A program made the position numbers and the translations under genes. A DNA stretch of 64,000 nucleotides from Podarcis tiliguerta (taxonomy: Eukaryota): assembly GCA_965153285.1 (NCBI GenBank), contig OZ229127.1; one strand, 5' to 3'. The notes below the pieces were generated by a model. The model saw nothing but the letters and a program-made list of their open reading frames with translations. It ran no database searches and had not been told where the DNA came from. Of this stretch, positions 1 to 13,109 are shown piece by piece. Each line of letters opens with the position of its first letter. The first letter of the stretch is position 1.

Positions 1-1028
1 ACCCCCAGGAGGGTCTCACATTAACCCTCTCCTTACCCCCATTGTTTTGCACCAAACACATTGGGTGAGTTCTTCCCCACCTAATTTTAAATGCAGAGAA
101 AAGAACCAAATTGTTCATTCAGCGCCCAGGAGGACTCTGGCTGCAGGAAGTGTGGAAGCACAAATGGAGCCGTCTTTGTTCTCCCCAGACAAGCTGGGGG
201 AGAGCAGCCCTCCGTCCTTCCCCCAGTTAGAGCAGCACACACAAAACAGCCCTTTTGTGTTCCTGCAAAGCATGAGGTCACCTTCTGAAAGGGCCACAGG
301 AAAAGAGCCGGGGCCTCGCTGGCTCCTTCCTGGGGTGTTTGGGGAGAAGGGACAGAAGGAGAGTCAGAGGCGAGCAGGACTGGCTCCTGCCCTTGTGTGG
401 GGCTGGATGGGGCCACCAGAGATTCAAGTGTGGAAGAGGCAGTGTGCAGAACCAGCTGAGTCTGCCCTGGGGGGGGGCCTGGGGCCTTCTGCATGCATCC
501 CCTCTCCTCCCACTTCACACAGCAGCAGAAGCCCCACCTGCCCTTAGCGCTGCCTGCGTGGGCTGGCAGGACTGCAGGCACCTCCTGAGCAACCCGGACT
601 CTTCCTGAGCTCAGTGGGGCAGGGCACCTGCTCTGCATGCAAACGACCCCACGGCACTTCCAGGTTGAGCCGGGGCAGAGAGACCCCTGGCAGGCAACAG
701 GCACAATGCGGCGTGAGGCGGTGAGCTGCGTTCTGCATGCCTGGCAGCCGCCCTTGCTGAGCAGCTGCCTTGGCTCCCTGTGGGGATAAGCAGTCCCCCC
801 CCCCCCCGCTAAGCTGCCTCTCAAAGCAGAGCCGCTGGCCATGATGCAATGCGTGAGTGTCTCTCCCTCCCCAGTGGGGGGTGGAAAGCACCCTCAAATA
901 CTGTATTGGGGGGCAGCAAAGGGACCTGGGCCCCCAGGAGTTGGCTCCTGTGCCCCCAGGCAGGTTTCAAATTGGTCAGAGACAGGATTACTTGAAGAGC
1001 TGCCCCATGCAAGATGGAGCAAGCTTGT

Positions 1029-1030
<2 letters not shown>

Positions 1031-1074
<44 letters not shown>

Positions 1075-1160
1075 TAATAATGATAATAATAATAATATAT
1101 ATTTATATCCCGCCCTCCCCAGCCAAAGCTGGGCTCAGAGCGGCTAACAACAGTAAAATA
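1031..1160 (-). repeat. (AAT)n microsatellite continuous with a reverse-oriented L2-type 3' tail
   Basis: (AAT)n at about 1031-1096 is followed by atttatatcccgccctccccagccaaagctgggctcagagcggctaac, the reverse complement of the L2 tail end seen at about 50570-50625. Confidence 0.7.
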
Positions 1161-3049
1161 ATACATCTCCTGCTCCGGAGGGGAGCACCTGAACTGGCAG
1201 GAGATTCTGACTGGACATTAGGAAGACCTTCCTGAGGGGAATGGTCTCCCTCAGACGGTGGTGGGCTCTCCTTCGTCTGAGGTTTTTCAGCAGACTTTGG
1301 GTGGTCTTCATGGGATTCTTCGGTTGCAATGCCTGCATTTCAGAGGGTTGGGCTGGATGACCCTTGGGAGTCCCCGCCAACACTACAGTGCTATTATTTT
1401 GATGTGAGTGGGGTGAGAACACCTGCATGCGCGAGGGCCCCCGATCCCAAAATGATCACCCATTTGGACGCATGCCTGCATGGGAAGAGAAATCCTGTGG
1501 TGTTGTAGAGGTTTGAGAGTCAGACTAGGACCTGGGAGAGACCGGGGTTCGAATCCCCCCACTCAGCCATGAAGCCCACTGGGCATGGCCTTGCGGACCG
1601 GCTGATGACTCTCTCAGCCTGGCCTACCTCACGGGGCTGCTGTGGGGGTTCTGCGAGGAGCAGGGAGCCCCACACTCACCCCCTTGGAGGAAAAAGGTGG
1701 GCTACAAATGCTACACAAACAAAGGCTGCCAGAATCCCCAAGGGAGGAGTTTGCAGCTGGAAGGCTGGCTACCTTCGTGCCCCCCTCGAGGCAAGGGTGA
1801 AACCAACACTGCCCCCCTCAAAAATGGAGGCCCACCTCCCCCCTCACTACCCCATGGAAAGGCAGCACACATGCGCTGGCTGTTCCAAATGCATTTCAAG
1901 CCCCCCCCCCCCCCCAAATCTAAGCCTCCTGCCACGGAACAGATTTTCACTGATCTCACAGCCTAAAACATGATGACTCAGTTACGCTCCATGACTAAGG
2001 ATGAGAATATATATAAATCTGTGTTTGTGGCTTAATTTGGAATCATGACCGCCTTCACCCGCTTCCAGAGCTGCGTTTGGACGGCTGCTCAGAAACTGTT
2101 TTCATTCTGCTCATTTTATTAGTGCCTTGTTTTTATAGTGATTGTTCAGCTGCCTTAAAAGAGGGGGCTGCCATTTGGAAAGGGGCATGGAAATCCTTGA
2201 AATGAGAGGGAGCTGCTGTGATGGCGCTTAAAGATCTTACCCAGGGAGCCGAACTGCGGAACTCCCTCCTGCAGGAGGCAGAAGAGGATTTCCCTTGGTT
2301 GGTGACAAAATCATGGAGGAGGAGGGAGATGGCTATTAGTGGCCCCGGCCATTACTGCGGCTCGCCTCTGCCTCCACAGCTGGGAGGCAGCAATGCCAGT
2401 TGGGGAGGGGAGATCATGGTCTGGTGTTCAAATCTTGCTTGTGGGTTTCCCATTGAGGCATCTGGCTGGCCACTGTGAGAATGGTGGACTGGGTGGGGCC
2501 CCCCTGCCTGTTCTTATCCTCTCCGAAAGATGCGCAGGCACAGAAACCAGTGCCCACAGTCACCCTGAAAGTCTTGGTGTCCCCTGCAAAGCCGGCTGCT
2601 GCACTGACTGCCATTGCTGGCTTTCCTGTTAACAGCCGGACATGGCTCCGTGGGCTGGGTGGGGGCTGGCAAACCCCAGAAGTGGCCCCTTGGAGTGGGA
2701 TTTCTGAACCTGAGCTGCCAGTGAAACAGCCGGGCCTTCAAACTTTGCTCCAGCTCAAGTGTCGCAGGTGAGCTGCCGCACTAGCTTCCGTCACAGGGCA
2801 AGGGAGCAACCTTTGGGGGGGGGGCGGCAGGTAACCCGTCCCAGTTTGTGTCTGCAGAGGTGGCTCCAGAAAGCTGCCTGGGTTCACGGGGGGGGGGGGG
2901 GTTGAGATGAAAGACCAGGTAGGGTTGGGGATTTCAAAACATGCACACGAGCCGGGGGTTGCGGCAGTGGCAAGGCCCACAAAAGCCCTCAGGAATTCCA
3001 TGCCCCTTCATTCTGTATCTGGTCCTTGCGGCTCTACCCATCCATGAGA

Positions 3050-3195
3050 CAGGCTCTGGGAGAGAAGCCTGAGGAGGCATCTGCACCCGCTGCCTTGTGG
3101 ACATCTTTGGGAGGGGGAAAGGATCAGGAGTAAACCCTGCATAAATCTGGAGCAAAGTCCCTAAGGTGGCTGGATGGCACCTTGCACGCCTCCTT
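3050..3195 (+). mobile_element. Fragment of an unclassified (RTE-like?) dispersed repeat
   Basis: Matches the reverse complement of about 47880-47995 (gctgccttgtgg..ggagtaaaccct.c..a.atctggagc...ccctaag). Confidence 0.6.
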
Positions 3196-3500
3196 CTGTG
3201 ATGTATGTATGAAGTTTCAGGGGGTGGTCTTGGGCTACAGGGCAGGCAATTTCACATGTCTATATAAGGGTATGCACACCATTGTTCTGAGTTCTCTCCT
3301 GGCTCCTGGGGGGGGGGGGAGTGGGGATCCTGTTGCAACAGTACTTTTCTATTGCAATAAAGATCAGGCTTACTAGCCGCTTTGCTTCTCAATATACTCT
3401 GGTTGGCCTCTGTTATTTTCTCCTGCCGAAAGGGAACCCACTATATACAGGCTATGGATACCCTGTAAAGGAAAAGGAGCAGGGGTTTTTTTCTTATAAA
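3196..3500 (+). mobile_element. Partial ERV LTR (U3 end-R-U5), same family as the LTR at 10627-11266
   Basis: Shares tgtgatgtatgtatg, a TATA-like tataagg, ctgttgcaacag, aataaa-gatca.gcttactagc.gctttgcttctcaatat and ggcctctgttattttctcct with 10985-11266. Confidence 0.8.
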
Positions 3501-6320
3501 GGTTAAACAGGAATTAAGGTTGAAAGGGCGATTAAGTGAAAAGGCTGCAGCGTTACGTGAAGCGGCCCTCATCCTTCCCTCTCTGGGTGCCTCTGGAAAG
3601 GAGCAGGCTGGTGTGTTTGCCCGGGAAAGAAGCAAAAACCAGCCCTGCGGAGGAGGCCTGGGCAGCAGCGCAGGAGGGAGGAGCTGTTGGCCTCTTCGCA
3701 AGCGGCACCATTTATTCTGCTCTGAGGGCTGGAAAAGGTTCCCCAATAAATTGGAAAGCAGATTCTGTTCACATTTCAAGGGCTGCCTTTTTCATACAGT
3801 CAGTTGCAAGAAATGCAGCAGAGTCACAGCACCTGCCTACTCAAGAGTTGTGTTCTGTGTGGCTGATTCTCACAGTACATGACTGAAGCCTTGTGCAGGA
3901 AAAAGAAGAGGCCTCCGACCATTGGTCCAATTAGCTCAGTACTGACCACACTGACTGGCAGGGGCAGCACCCGGGGAGGGGGAATCCTGACCAGCTCCAG
4001 TTGGAGATGCTGGGGACCGTCAGTGCTGCACCCGAGTTACGACTGACTAGAACCTGCACACTCTCCTGACTCAAGTGCAAGCAACTTCCAATTCAGTGGG
4101 ATCTGCTCCCTGGAAACCCGCCCAGCGTAACAGGATTAACTTAGCAAAGTTTCGCTCACCCTGCAATGAGCACAGATGGTCTGGCAGAAATTCTCTTAAG
4201 AACCTGCAAGAAGCACAGCTTTGCTGCTAAATATATATTTTAACACAGTGTACTCTGAGTTTCTGCTCAGTGACTGTTGTGAAAACGTAAGTGCTGAGCC
4301 ACCCGTCCCTCTCACGCTGGCCACCTAAGCACAGGCCTGGCACGCTCGGATTCAGAAAAGGTGAACGTGGAACCAAGGCGGTGGAAATAAGATTCTCAGG
4401 CAAGTCTCTCCGCCCCCCCCCCCGACTTGTGGCAGGTTTTTATGGTTCTCCAGACCCAGCTAAAGAAGTGCAAGGAGTTGGGTGTTCAGGGCAGAGCCCA
4501 GCTCACATGAACGCCTGCCCCCCTTTTGGGCCGGGACTGTCCCTTGCAGAGAATTGGCAGCTGTCTCTCCAACTTCCCTTTGGGGGGCAGTGGGAAAGCC
4601 AGAGGAGACCTATGGGAAATGGGCGTCTAAAGGTCAGAGAGTTCTTTATGTCCTATCACCCTCTGACAGGAGGGGGTTCTACAGGGTGGGCGCCACAGCT
4701 GAGAAGGCCCCCTGCATAGCTCCCTGTAGCTTCACTTAATCGCAGTGATGGACCACTCTGCTTTCTGCCCCAATATGCTGGCCAGGAAGATGCTGTCGAA
4801 AAACCAAGAAACAGGAATGATGGACTCCTCCAGAATTTCTTCTCAGGAAAGCAGCAACAGTCTCCATCCTGCGCCACATGGCACAGCACTTCCCAGGGGG
4901 AGGGGTACTGCCTGCAAAAGCTCCTTTGTGAGCAGGAAACCTGCCAACCTGCCTCTCAGGTGCCGCAGCATTTTATGGATCCTGCCCCCAAGAGGTTGCC
5001 TGTGTGTCTCTCTCTGTTCGGGGCCACCCACCCACCCACCGCTGCTGCAGCCCCTCGAAAGCCCCCAACCCTCTGCACCACCCATGAAAGCTTGGCAGGA
5101 GCCCAGATGTTTCGCTGGTGGAGAGGCTCTATTTTAGGCAACTGGCAAACCAGGAGGACTCTAATGGGCTGTTCCCTTACCCACAGTTGGCAGAGGTGGA
5201 TTTCCAAATTTATTTATTTTTAAATCCACTGCCTCCATAATTGTGGTTTTGCATCCCTTGAAAATGAGCTGAACACACCACCGTGGCAACTGGGCAATGG
5301 CTTGGGGAAAGTGGGCAGCAAAAAGCTTATACTGTACTGTATATGTGTGTGTTTGTTTACTTTTTTAAAAGAACTTCATTTATGAAACAAGTGACAAAAA
5401 GAAAAAAAGATAAAAGAGAACGAGAATGAAAAAGACAAAAGTGCTCCCGTCCGAGGTGGACCTCTGAGGGTCTCCCCAAAGTCAGAATCCGCTGGAGCAA
5501 ACCAGCTCCTCTGCTCTTCCGCCAGCATTGGGAAGTTTGTGCTGAAGTTGCTCCTGGAATTGCTCTTCTCAGTGCACAGAGGAGTCTGCACTGCTCCAGT
5601 CTGTGCTTCTCCCTCATTCGGGGCAAATTCTACAGAAAGCACTCAGCTGCTACTGCAGCTCAACGTATCGCGCGGCTGGCAGCTGTGAACTCTCCCCCAG
5701 TAAGCGAGAGTTCCCAGGAAGAGGCCAAGGAGAGCCGCTTTCCAGTAAGTGCTCAGCTCCTGCCCCACCCAGGCTTCCCAGCCAGGGGAGGCTCTTCCGC
5801 CAGGGAGGAAGATTTATGACATGCTACCAGGATCTCAGCGCTGATGCACAAGCCCCGCAGAACATGCAGCTTGACATGGCCCCCGGGGCCAGAAGCAGGC
5901 CAAAGTGCAAGTCCTTCTTTCCCCCTTGATCTCCTTGCAGCAGCAGCAGCAGCTGACGTCATCCCTGGACACAGATCTCACACCAAGGAGGAGAATCCTC
6001 CAGGGTTTGCTGGTTTGGGCCAGAAGATTCCCGCGTTGCAGGGGTTGGCTAGACAACCCTTATGGTCCCTTCCAACTCAGCAATTCTGTTGCTCACCCCC
6101 AAGCAGTGAGAAAGCCAGATATATCAGCTAGGCGCCAAATGGCTCCTTAAACCAGGGTTGCCTAGTTGCCATTTTGGGGACAGATGGCTTGGAAGTTGTA
6201 TTTTTCATTAGGCCTTTTTGGTCCCTGAAATCCATTCAGGTTGTGCAGATAGAATATACAGTAATGGATAGAATTCCACAGGATGTGTTGCTAGTGTGTG
6301 AAGACAGGCAAGATACAAGG

Positions 6321-6840
6321 AGACCTCACCTGGAGTACTGTGTCCAGTTCTGGGCACCACAGTTCAAGAAGGACACTGACAAACTGGAACGTGTCCAGAG
6401 GAGGGCAACCAAAATGGTCAAAGGCCTGGAAACGATGCCTTATGAGGAACGGCTAAGGGAGCTGGGCATGTTTAGCCTGGAGAAGAGGAGGTTAAGGGGT
6501 GATATGATAGCCATGTTCAAATATATGAAGGGATGTCACATGGAGGAGGGAGAAAGGTTGTTTTCTGCTGCTCCAGAGAAGCGGACACGGAGCAATGGAT
6601 CCAAACTACAAGAAAGAAGATTCCACCTAAACATTAGGAAGAACTTCCTGACAGTAAGAGCTGTTCGGCAGTGGAATTTGCTGCCAAGGAGTGTGGTGGA
6701 GTCTCCTTCTTTGGAGGTCTTTAAGCAGAGGCTTGACAACCATATGTCAGGAGTGCTCTGATGGTGTTTCCTGCTTGGCAGGGGGTTGGACTCGATGGCC
6801 CTTGTGGTCTCTTCCAACTCTATGATTCTATGATTCTATG
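6321..6840 (+). mobile_element. Young 5'-truncated CR1 LINE (ORF2 C-terminus, 3' UTR, octamer tail)
   Basis: Encodes [43 protein letters not shown], the typical CR1 ORF2 end, and finishes in (ATTCTATG)n. Nearly identical to the copy at 39957-40620. Confidence 0.95.
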
Positions 6841-8080
6841 ACCCCCAGGTGTGGAGATGTCAGCATCTTCACTTGGTTGCAAGTGGTTGATAGCCAGAAG
6901 TGGACGCTGCCCCCAGGCCACCGGCCTGCAGAGATTTAGTCCCTCGAAAGAAGGGATGGTGGGGTGGCCGGGAGAGAGAAAAGGCCACCATGCAGAAATA
7001 TCATGCAAACTCTGCTCCACCTTCTCCAGCCCTCTCTGGCGGAGGAAGAGGAGGGCGGGGGGAGCACACTGTCCCCGGCAGCGCGATCCCGGCAGGGTGC
7101 CATCGCGGCTGCCCCCCCCCGCCTGCGCTGGGCACCCGCCCCTGCAGGTGGCACGCCCCGCCCCCAGGATGCGTGCCAGCCCTGCCCCCCGCCGGTGCCG
7201 GAGCACGAAGCTCCGCCATTGACAGCCCTGGAATCCTTTTTGCATCCTGCTCAAGAACTCCTGCGCAGGTGAGGAGGAAGCAGGGAGAGGGATGCAAGGC
7301 GACGGGGAGAGAACAAGGAGCCCCGTCTGGTGCCCAACCCAAAAGATGCCTGTCGGAGCAGCAAGGCAGGTTCTTCTTCTGTTCTTATGGAACCGCCAGC
7401 CTTGGTCTGACCCAGCAGACGGGCTCTTTCCCCGTCCTTGAGACGGGCTGCCCTGACTCGCTTTGCGACACAGCCGTGGAATAGCTTTAAATACATATGC
7501 CGGGTTCACCGAGGCTGCTGGCTCAGAGGGATTCATTTCAGCAAACGTGGGGGGCGGGGGCCGTGACGGCCACCGAGGAGATGACCTCCTCACCCAATTC
7601 CCTGACCTTTCCCCCGAAGTCTCTGCCCGCTGGAAGGTCAGGCAGGCTCCGTGAGAGCAGCAGCGGAGGCTGCAGGTGAGTCAGCACAGTTCAGCCCCTG
7701 GAGGAAACCGCAGGAAAGAGGTCTCCGAGTCCAACCTCCAGAAAACGGGGAAGGAAGCTCTGCTTCTGGCGGCTGCAGGTGGGATTCTGCAAGGAGGGTG
7801 CCAAGTGCGAGCCACGTGGGGTGGGCACACGGGAAGTGGGTCCCTTGCATCACCCTCTGCAGCGTGGAAAGGAACTTGAAAGAATCGCCTTTGTGCCGGC
7901 CACATTTCCTGCCTGAGTGCAGGAAATCCTCACACTCTTGAGGCAGGACACTCCAGGCAAGAGCCCGACGTCTCCCTCTGTCTGCGCCCAGCAAGGTTCA
8001 GGTGCCGGGATTTCTAACCCCACCACCATTAACTGGCAGCAGAGAGGTGGATCTCTAACCCTGTGCTTCAGGAACATTCC

Positions 8081-8210
8081 TGGGATAGCTCAGCCATTAG
8101 AGGAGGCGGCTCTTGAACTCAGGGTTGTGGGTTCGAGCCCCATGCTGCGCAAAATACTCCTGTGTCGCAGGGCTAGAAGACCCTCAGGGTCCTTTCCAAT
8201 AATTCTGTGA
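8081..8210 (+). mobile_element. tRNA-Lys-headed, CR1-tailed SINE (degenerate)
   Basis: tagctcag...ctcagggttgtgggttcgagcccca head followed by a degenerate CR1 3' tail. Confidence 0.7.
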
Positions 8211-8593
8211 AAAGCCTGCTGGATCAGGACAAAAGGGACAAAAGTCCAGTCCAGCCTCCTCTTCTCACAGTGAGTAGCCAGGTCCCTCTTGCAGGAAACC
8301 CACAAGCAGGATCCAAGTGCCAGTGCAATTCACCCCACCTGCTGCAGTCTCCAGCAACGGGATTCAGAAGCACTGCCGCCTCAGACCATAATTTTATTAA
8401 TACATGAAGAAGAACTTTCTTTTGCTTGTCCTGAATCTCAGAACATTCAGCTGCCTTTGGCTTTTGCCGGCTCCCTGCCCCATGCTCAAAGAACGATGGC
8501 AAGCCCCTTTTGCAAAATGAAGCCAGGCACAAATGCTGCCGGCTGAGTCTTCCTGCAGGAGGAGGAACTCAGCTCTTGCCGCTCGGCTGCGAA

Positions 8594-8724
8594 GGATAGT
8601 TGGTTAGACCATAGTGCTGATAACGCCAAGGTTGCAGGTTCGATCCCTGTATGGACCAGCTGCATATTCCTGCATTGCAGGGGGTTGGACTAGATGATCC
8701 TCAGGGTCCCTTCCAACTCTACAG
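8594..8724 (+). mobile_element. tRNA-Ile-headed, CR1-tailed SINE
   Basis: agttggttaga..gtgctGATaacgccaaggttgcaggttcgatccc head, then attcctgcattgcagggggttggactagatgatcctcagggtcccttccaactcta CR1 tail. Confidence 0.85.
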
Positions 8725-9487
8725 TGCTAAGTCTGTGGATCAGGCAGGCCTCTGGGTTTCCCTGACCTTCCCTGGAGAGTCACCCATGTCACATGAGGCC
8801 AGCAACATGACAGCACCCTCTCGATGACCGGGCATCCTGGACAAAGACTGCGGCCTTGTGACTGCTCTCCCACCGCTCTACGATGTGAGAAGCTCTTGTT
8901 TGGGGAATGAAGTGCAGCACCCACGACTGGCTCAAAATAGACACAGGAGCCCACGAGGCGGGTGTTGCAATCTGGAGGAAGGAAGCAGCACCCCAAGGGT
9001 TTATTCTGCAAAGAGATGAAGGAGGGAGGGGGTGCTTTATTTCCCTGTGAGCCTTGAGCCAATCGTGACACGGGGCTTTTCGGTAAAGGCCAATGACCGA
9101 GGCATCATGTGAGGCATGGGGGGGCACGGAGCCTGCCGGGAAGGGGGGGCGGATGGAGGGGAGAGGCTTCCTTTGTCGCCTGCCCTCCAGTCACGCTGGC
9201 CTGGCAGAGACTCAGGAGCTGAGCTCACCCCTGGGAAAGAGCAGGGAGAGAAGCATCTCTGCAGCCGCCCCCAGGCGGGAGCAGGAAGCTGGAGAAGGGG
9301 AGCCTTCTGCCAGGAGGGGTGAGGTCAGAGCGGGAAGGCGAGCCAGGGACTCCCACATGCCCCGGTCCTCCTTCCGAGACAAACGGCACACTCTCCCTTT
9401 CTCTTTGTCGTGCCCATTAGGGCTGGGCAACATCATCCATAGCTGGTTTGAAGTCCACATGGTGGTAACGGTTTCATAATATGCATT

Positions 9488-9625
9488 GAATCATAGAATT
9501 GCAGAGCTGGAAGGGGCTCCAAGGATCATCTAGTCCAATCCCCTGCATGCAGGAATACGCAGCTGGCCCAGTCGGGGATCGAAGCTGCAACCTTGGCGTT
9601 ATCAGCTCAAAACAACTGAGCTTTC
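9488..9625 (-). mobile_element. tRNA-Ile-headed, CR1-tailed SINE
   Basis: Reverse complement reads gctcagttg..gagctgataacgccaaggttgcagcttcgatcccc plus a CR1 tail ending attctatgattc. Confidence 0.8.
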
Positions 9626-9639
9626 CAGGCTGATTGATG

Positions 9640-9940
9640 TGGCCATACATCGCAACTTGCATTACATGTGCTGTGTAAAAAACCGTGATGTGGGGGAAAC
9701 TGTGAAGCTGATCATTGCTTCTCTCATGGATCTGTTGCTCTGTACTATAAAATGACCATTGTAAAGTAAAAAAAAGAAGTCTGTTTCAGACCCCTAAAGT
9801 AGTAGCGGCTGCCGGGACATTGCCCTGTTCGCCTCTACCTAGGTCCATTCTTATTTCAGACACTGTGATCGGTCGGTATATTGCAATGTTTATCTGGGGA
9901 TAGAGCACAATGTTGAAAGCCAGACGTCACCCAGTCCCAG
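9640..9940 (-). mobile_element. Degenerate hAT-like MITE related to 44669-44920
   Basis: ccattcttatttcagaca.tgtgat and gttgaaagccaga match the reverse complement of the element at 44669-44920. Confidence 0.5.
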
Positions 9941-10626
9941 GGCCCATCTTCAAACACAGCCTGGAAAGTCGCCCTGGGCCTGTGGCCGGAAGTTTTTCCC
10001 AGCCCCAAAGAGCCTCACAAAGATGTCTGCCAACGTGGCACGAAGGCTGGCAACATTGATCCCGCCATGTGGGAATCCCTTGCTGAAGACCATGGTGCCT
10101 GGACACAGGCAGTCAGGTGACCAGAGGAGGAATGGCCACTGGGAGGAGCGCAGAGAGAAAAAACGCCCTGGCACTTCTGCAGCAGCAAAACCGGAGGCCT
10201 TCCTCGGCCCTGGCTGCAACAAAACACGTCTCTCCCACATCAGTCTCTGCAACCACAGCAGACACTGCAGCCGTTCAAGGGCTTGACCTCAACCCCCTCA
10301 GGAACTCCTCCATTGTCTCTTGAGACAGACGGAGGCCAACAACTTATTTTCACCACAGAGATGCTAAGTGAGAGAGGAGAGAGCAGCAGCCTCACTTTCC
10401 ACCCATGTTTCTCCCTCTGCCGCCAGAAATTGGCTCAGGGACACAGGACGTTGCGGTACCTGTGCATGTGCAGAGTGCTTGCGAAGAGAAGGGAGGGTTT
10501 TGGGGCTCCCTGGGCACGGCTTTTAGGCGCTGCTCAGTCAAAGAAATGCACATGGTGGAGAATTAAATATTTATTGTCACATGAAACACTCGCAGTCACT
10601 TCTCCAGCTCCAGATACCTACGCCAC

Positions 10627-11266
10627 TGTGATAGGAATTTTATGGTCTTAGATATATGGTAATGTTCATAATGTACCAACCAAGCACATACATAGATCAG
10701 CACAGGAAGACCAACCTGGAACCATTTTGATTCCTAAACTGACCAAATGTTTTCTCTGCAAGGTCAAACTTAAAAAGCCTCCCCATTGTCTTTTCCTTCA
10801 CAAACCCTGTCTTATGGGGGGGTTGAATAGGGTGTGAGCCTGTGACATGGCCCAGGAACTAAATATTTATCACTATTTATCCCTGCAAAAGACTGGCCAG
10901 GCTCCGCAGGCAATCCAATCAAGTAACCTGCCAGACAAGAGATAAACAAGGAGATATTCAAATTTCTGTTTAGACTGCCTTTTTCTGTGATGTATGTATG
11001 ATGTTTCTGGGGGTGGTCTTCATCTACAGGGTGGAATTTCAAAAGTCTTTATAAGGCCTTGCACAGCATTTTTGGGGGTCCTCTTCCTCTCCTGTGTGTG
11101 AGGGGAGTACCCTGTTGCAACAGATCAATAAAGATCAAGCTTACTAGCTGCTTTGCTTCTCAATATTCTCTGCTTGGCCTCTGTTATTTTCTCCTACCAA
11201 TGTAAGGACTCTATATGGACTCTTGGATACCCCATAAGGGAAAAGGGCATATTTTTATTTACAACA
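10627..11266 (+). mobile_element. ERV (class I-like) 5' LTR
   Basis: TG..CA termini (tgtgatagg...acaaca), TATA-like tttataagg at about 11048, AATAAA at about 11127, and a PBS immediately downstream. The 5' boundary is approximate. Confidence 0.85.
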
Positions 11267-11268
11267 GA

Positions 11269-11286
11269 TGGCGACCACGAAGGGAC
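11269..11286 (+). promoter_or_regulatory. Retroviral primer binding site complementary to tRNA-Arg
   Basis: TGGCGACCACGAAGGGAC, 2 nt after the LTR end, is the exact complement of the 3' end (..GTCCCTTCGTGGTCG-CCA) of vertebrate tRNA-Arg(CCG/TCG). Confidence 0.9.
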
Positions 11287-11589
11287 TTTTGGTTACCCGG
11301 ATTCTGGGAGCGAGGAAGGACTGGTTATCCAGCGCGCACCAGGCAGTTTGCCAGGAGGAATAACCAGTCCTCCATCGATCCCAGGGTCTGGAAATAACTG
11401 GAGGTTCAGCGGGGTTAACCAGAGGAAGCAACGCTTGATCAGGCCGGCCTTAAACAACCAGTCAAGAGATCCCGGGATCGCCAGGAACAGCGCATGCGGA
11501 AGGGAGTATTAGGAGGAAACATGGGTAGTGGGTTGGGTTCTCTGAACCACAGCAACCAAAATTCTTTAACTCTTCCTTTTCCCTTCAAA

Positions 11590-12228
11590 TCTAAACTTTC
11601 ATAAATATTATAAGCAACTGTATAAAAAAGAAAAAGAAGATCTAGGGAAAATCAAGCAATTTATAAAGAACAACGGACTGCAACGGATTCCGAAGGATAA
11701 AAGGAATCTACTAAATGGCGTAATTACAAGTCAGGAAGTGGAACATACAATAAATTCAATGCAACTTGGCAAGGCACCAGGACCTGAAGGTCTATCAGCG
11801 AAATATTATAAGACATTGAAAGATTGGCTTATACAACCTCTGGTAGAAATATCTAATTCAATTTTACGGGGGGGGGGGGGAGCACCTGAAACCTGGAAAC
11901 AAGCTTACATTACTCTGATTCCTAAACAGGGTCAGGATAGATCCAACGTTAAAAACTACAGACCAATCTCCCTACTTAATGTGGATTATAAAATTTTTGC
12001 AAATATACTGGTTAATAGGCTAAAAAAGGTTTTATCTGAGTATATTCGTAAAGATATGCAAAGAAATTCAACTAAGGGGAAACGAGGAAGTCGTTTTACA
12101 AAGTAAATAACTGTTATTTTCAATAAGGTTATGATTTATGTTTGTTATGTTTTGTTTGTTTTATGTTTTTGTTTGTCGCTGATAATTGTAAAAACAAATA
12201 ATTTTTTTGCAAAAAAATTAATAATAAA
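11590..12228 (+). mobile_element. L1-clade LINE fragment (start of RT joined to the 3' UTR)
   Basis: ORF 11738-12106 has GKAPGPEG..YYK..PETWKQAYITLIPK.G.D....NYRPISLLNVDYKIFANIL.NRL, L1/Tx1-type RT motifs. It then jumps to a T-rich 3' UTR and A-rich end. Confidence 0.9.
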
Positions 12229-13109
12229 CCCTACAACAACCCTGTGGGGTAGGTCAGCCTGAGAAACAGCAACCGGCCCCAAAGACATGCAATGGGCTTT
12301 GTGGCTGAGCGGTGGTATTCAAACCCTCCTCCTTCCGCAGCAACTTCCTGCAGACCCGAAAAGGGGGAGGGCGTTTTCAATCCGGGGGCGTCTTCCAGTC
12401 TGGGCAAAGGGGGACGGGGCGGCTCATGTGAGATGATAACTCTGTGCAGTCGGGTGTCTCCTCCCCCCGCGTTCTTCTCTGTCCTTCTCCCAGGGGCGCA
12501 AAGAGGCACAAACAGATTTCAGGGGCGCATCTTCAGCCAGGCAAAGACCCCCAAGGAGGGCTTTAGGGTGCGGTTTGGGCAAATTCTCAGAGGAGGAGGT
12601 GGGTGCCCTATTCAGGTTGCAAACTGGGGCCCCTCTGACCCCCTCAAGTGGTTCCCTCGAGGGTTGGCCTAAAGCAGAGCCAGGACTCCCCACCCTGGAA
12701 AACAAGCCCTCCCCAACACTCTCCACAAAACCCCCATTTTACGCAACCAGTTTGTTCCCCTAGTGGCCAAGGTTCAGGGTGGTCCTCACCTGGAGTTTCC
12801 GCTCCCCCTTCCCGGTTTTGCACCCTTTGCTAGATAGTGCTGCACATCAGAAACACCCGCAAGGTGGGGGTGTGGAAATGCAGCAAGGAGCCAATGGAAA
12901 GCAGGATGGAGCCTTTTTAAAGAGGAGCAGATGTCTTCTTGAGTTTATTCTCCCAACTCTGGATTCAGCTCGGATTTCCCCAGGGGAATTGGAGGATGCA
13001 CAGAGGATGGGGAGAGGGGAGGTGTGGACAGGCCCCCAAACTGAAGTTTTCAGAGCCCCCCCCCCCTTGGAATAAGGGCAGAGACAAGACGCTCCAGCAA
13101 AAGTGAGTT

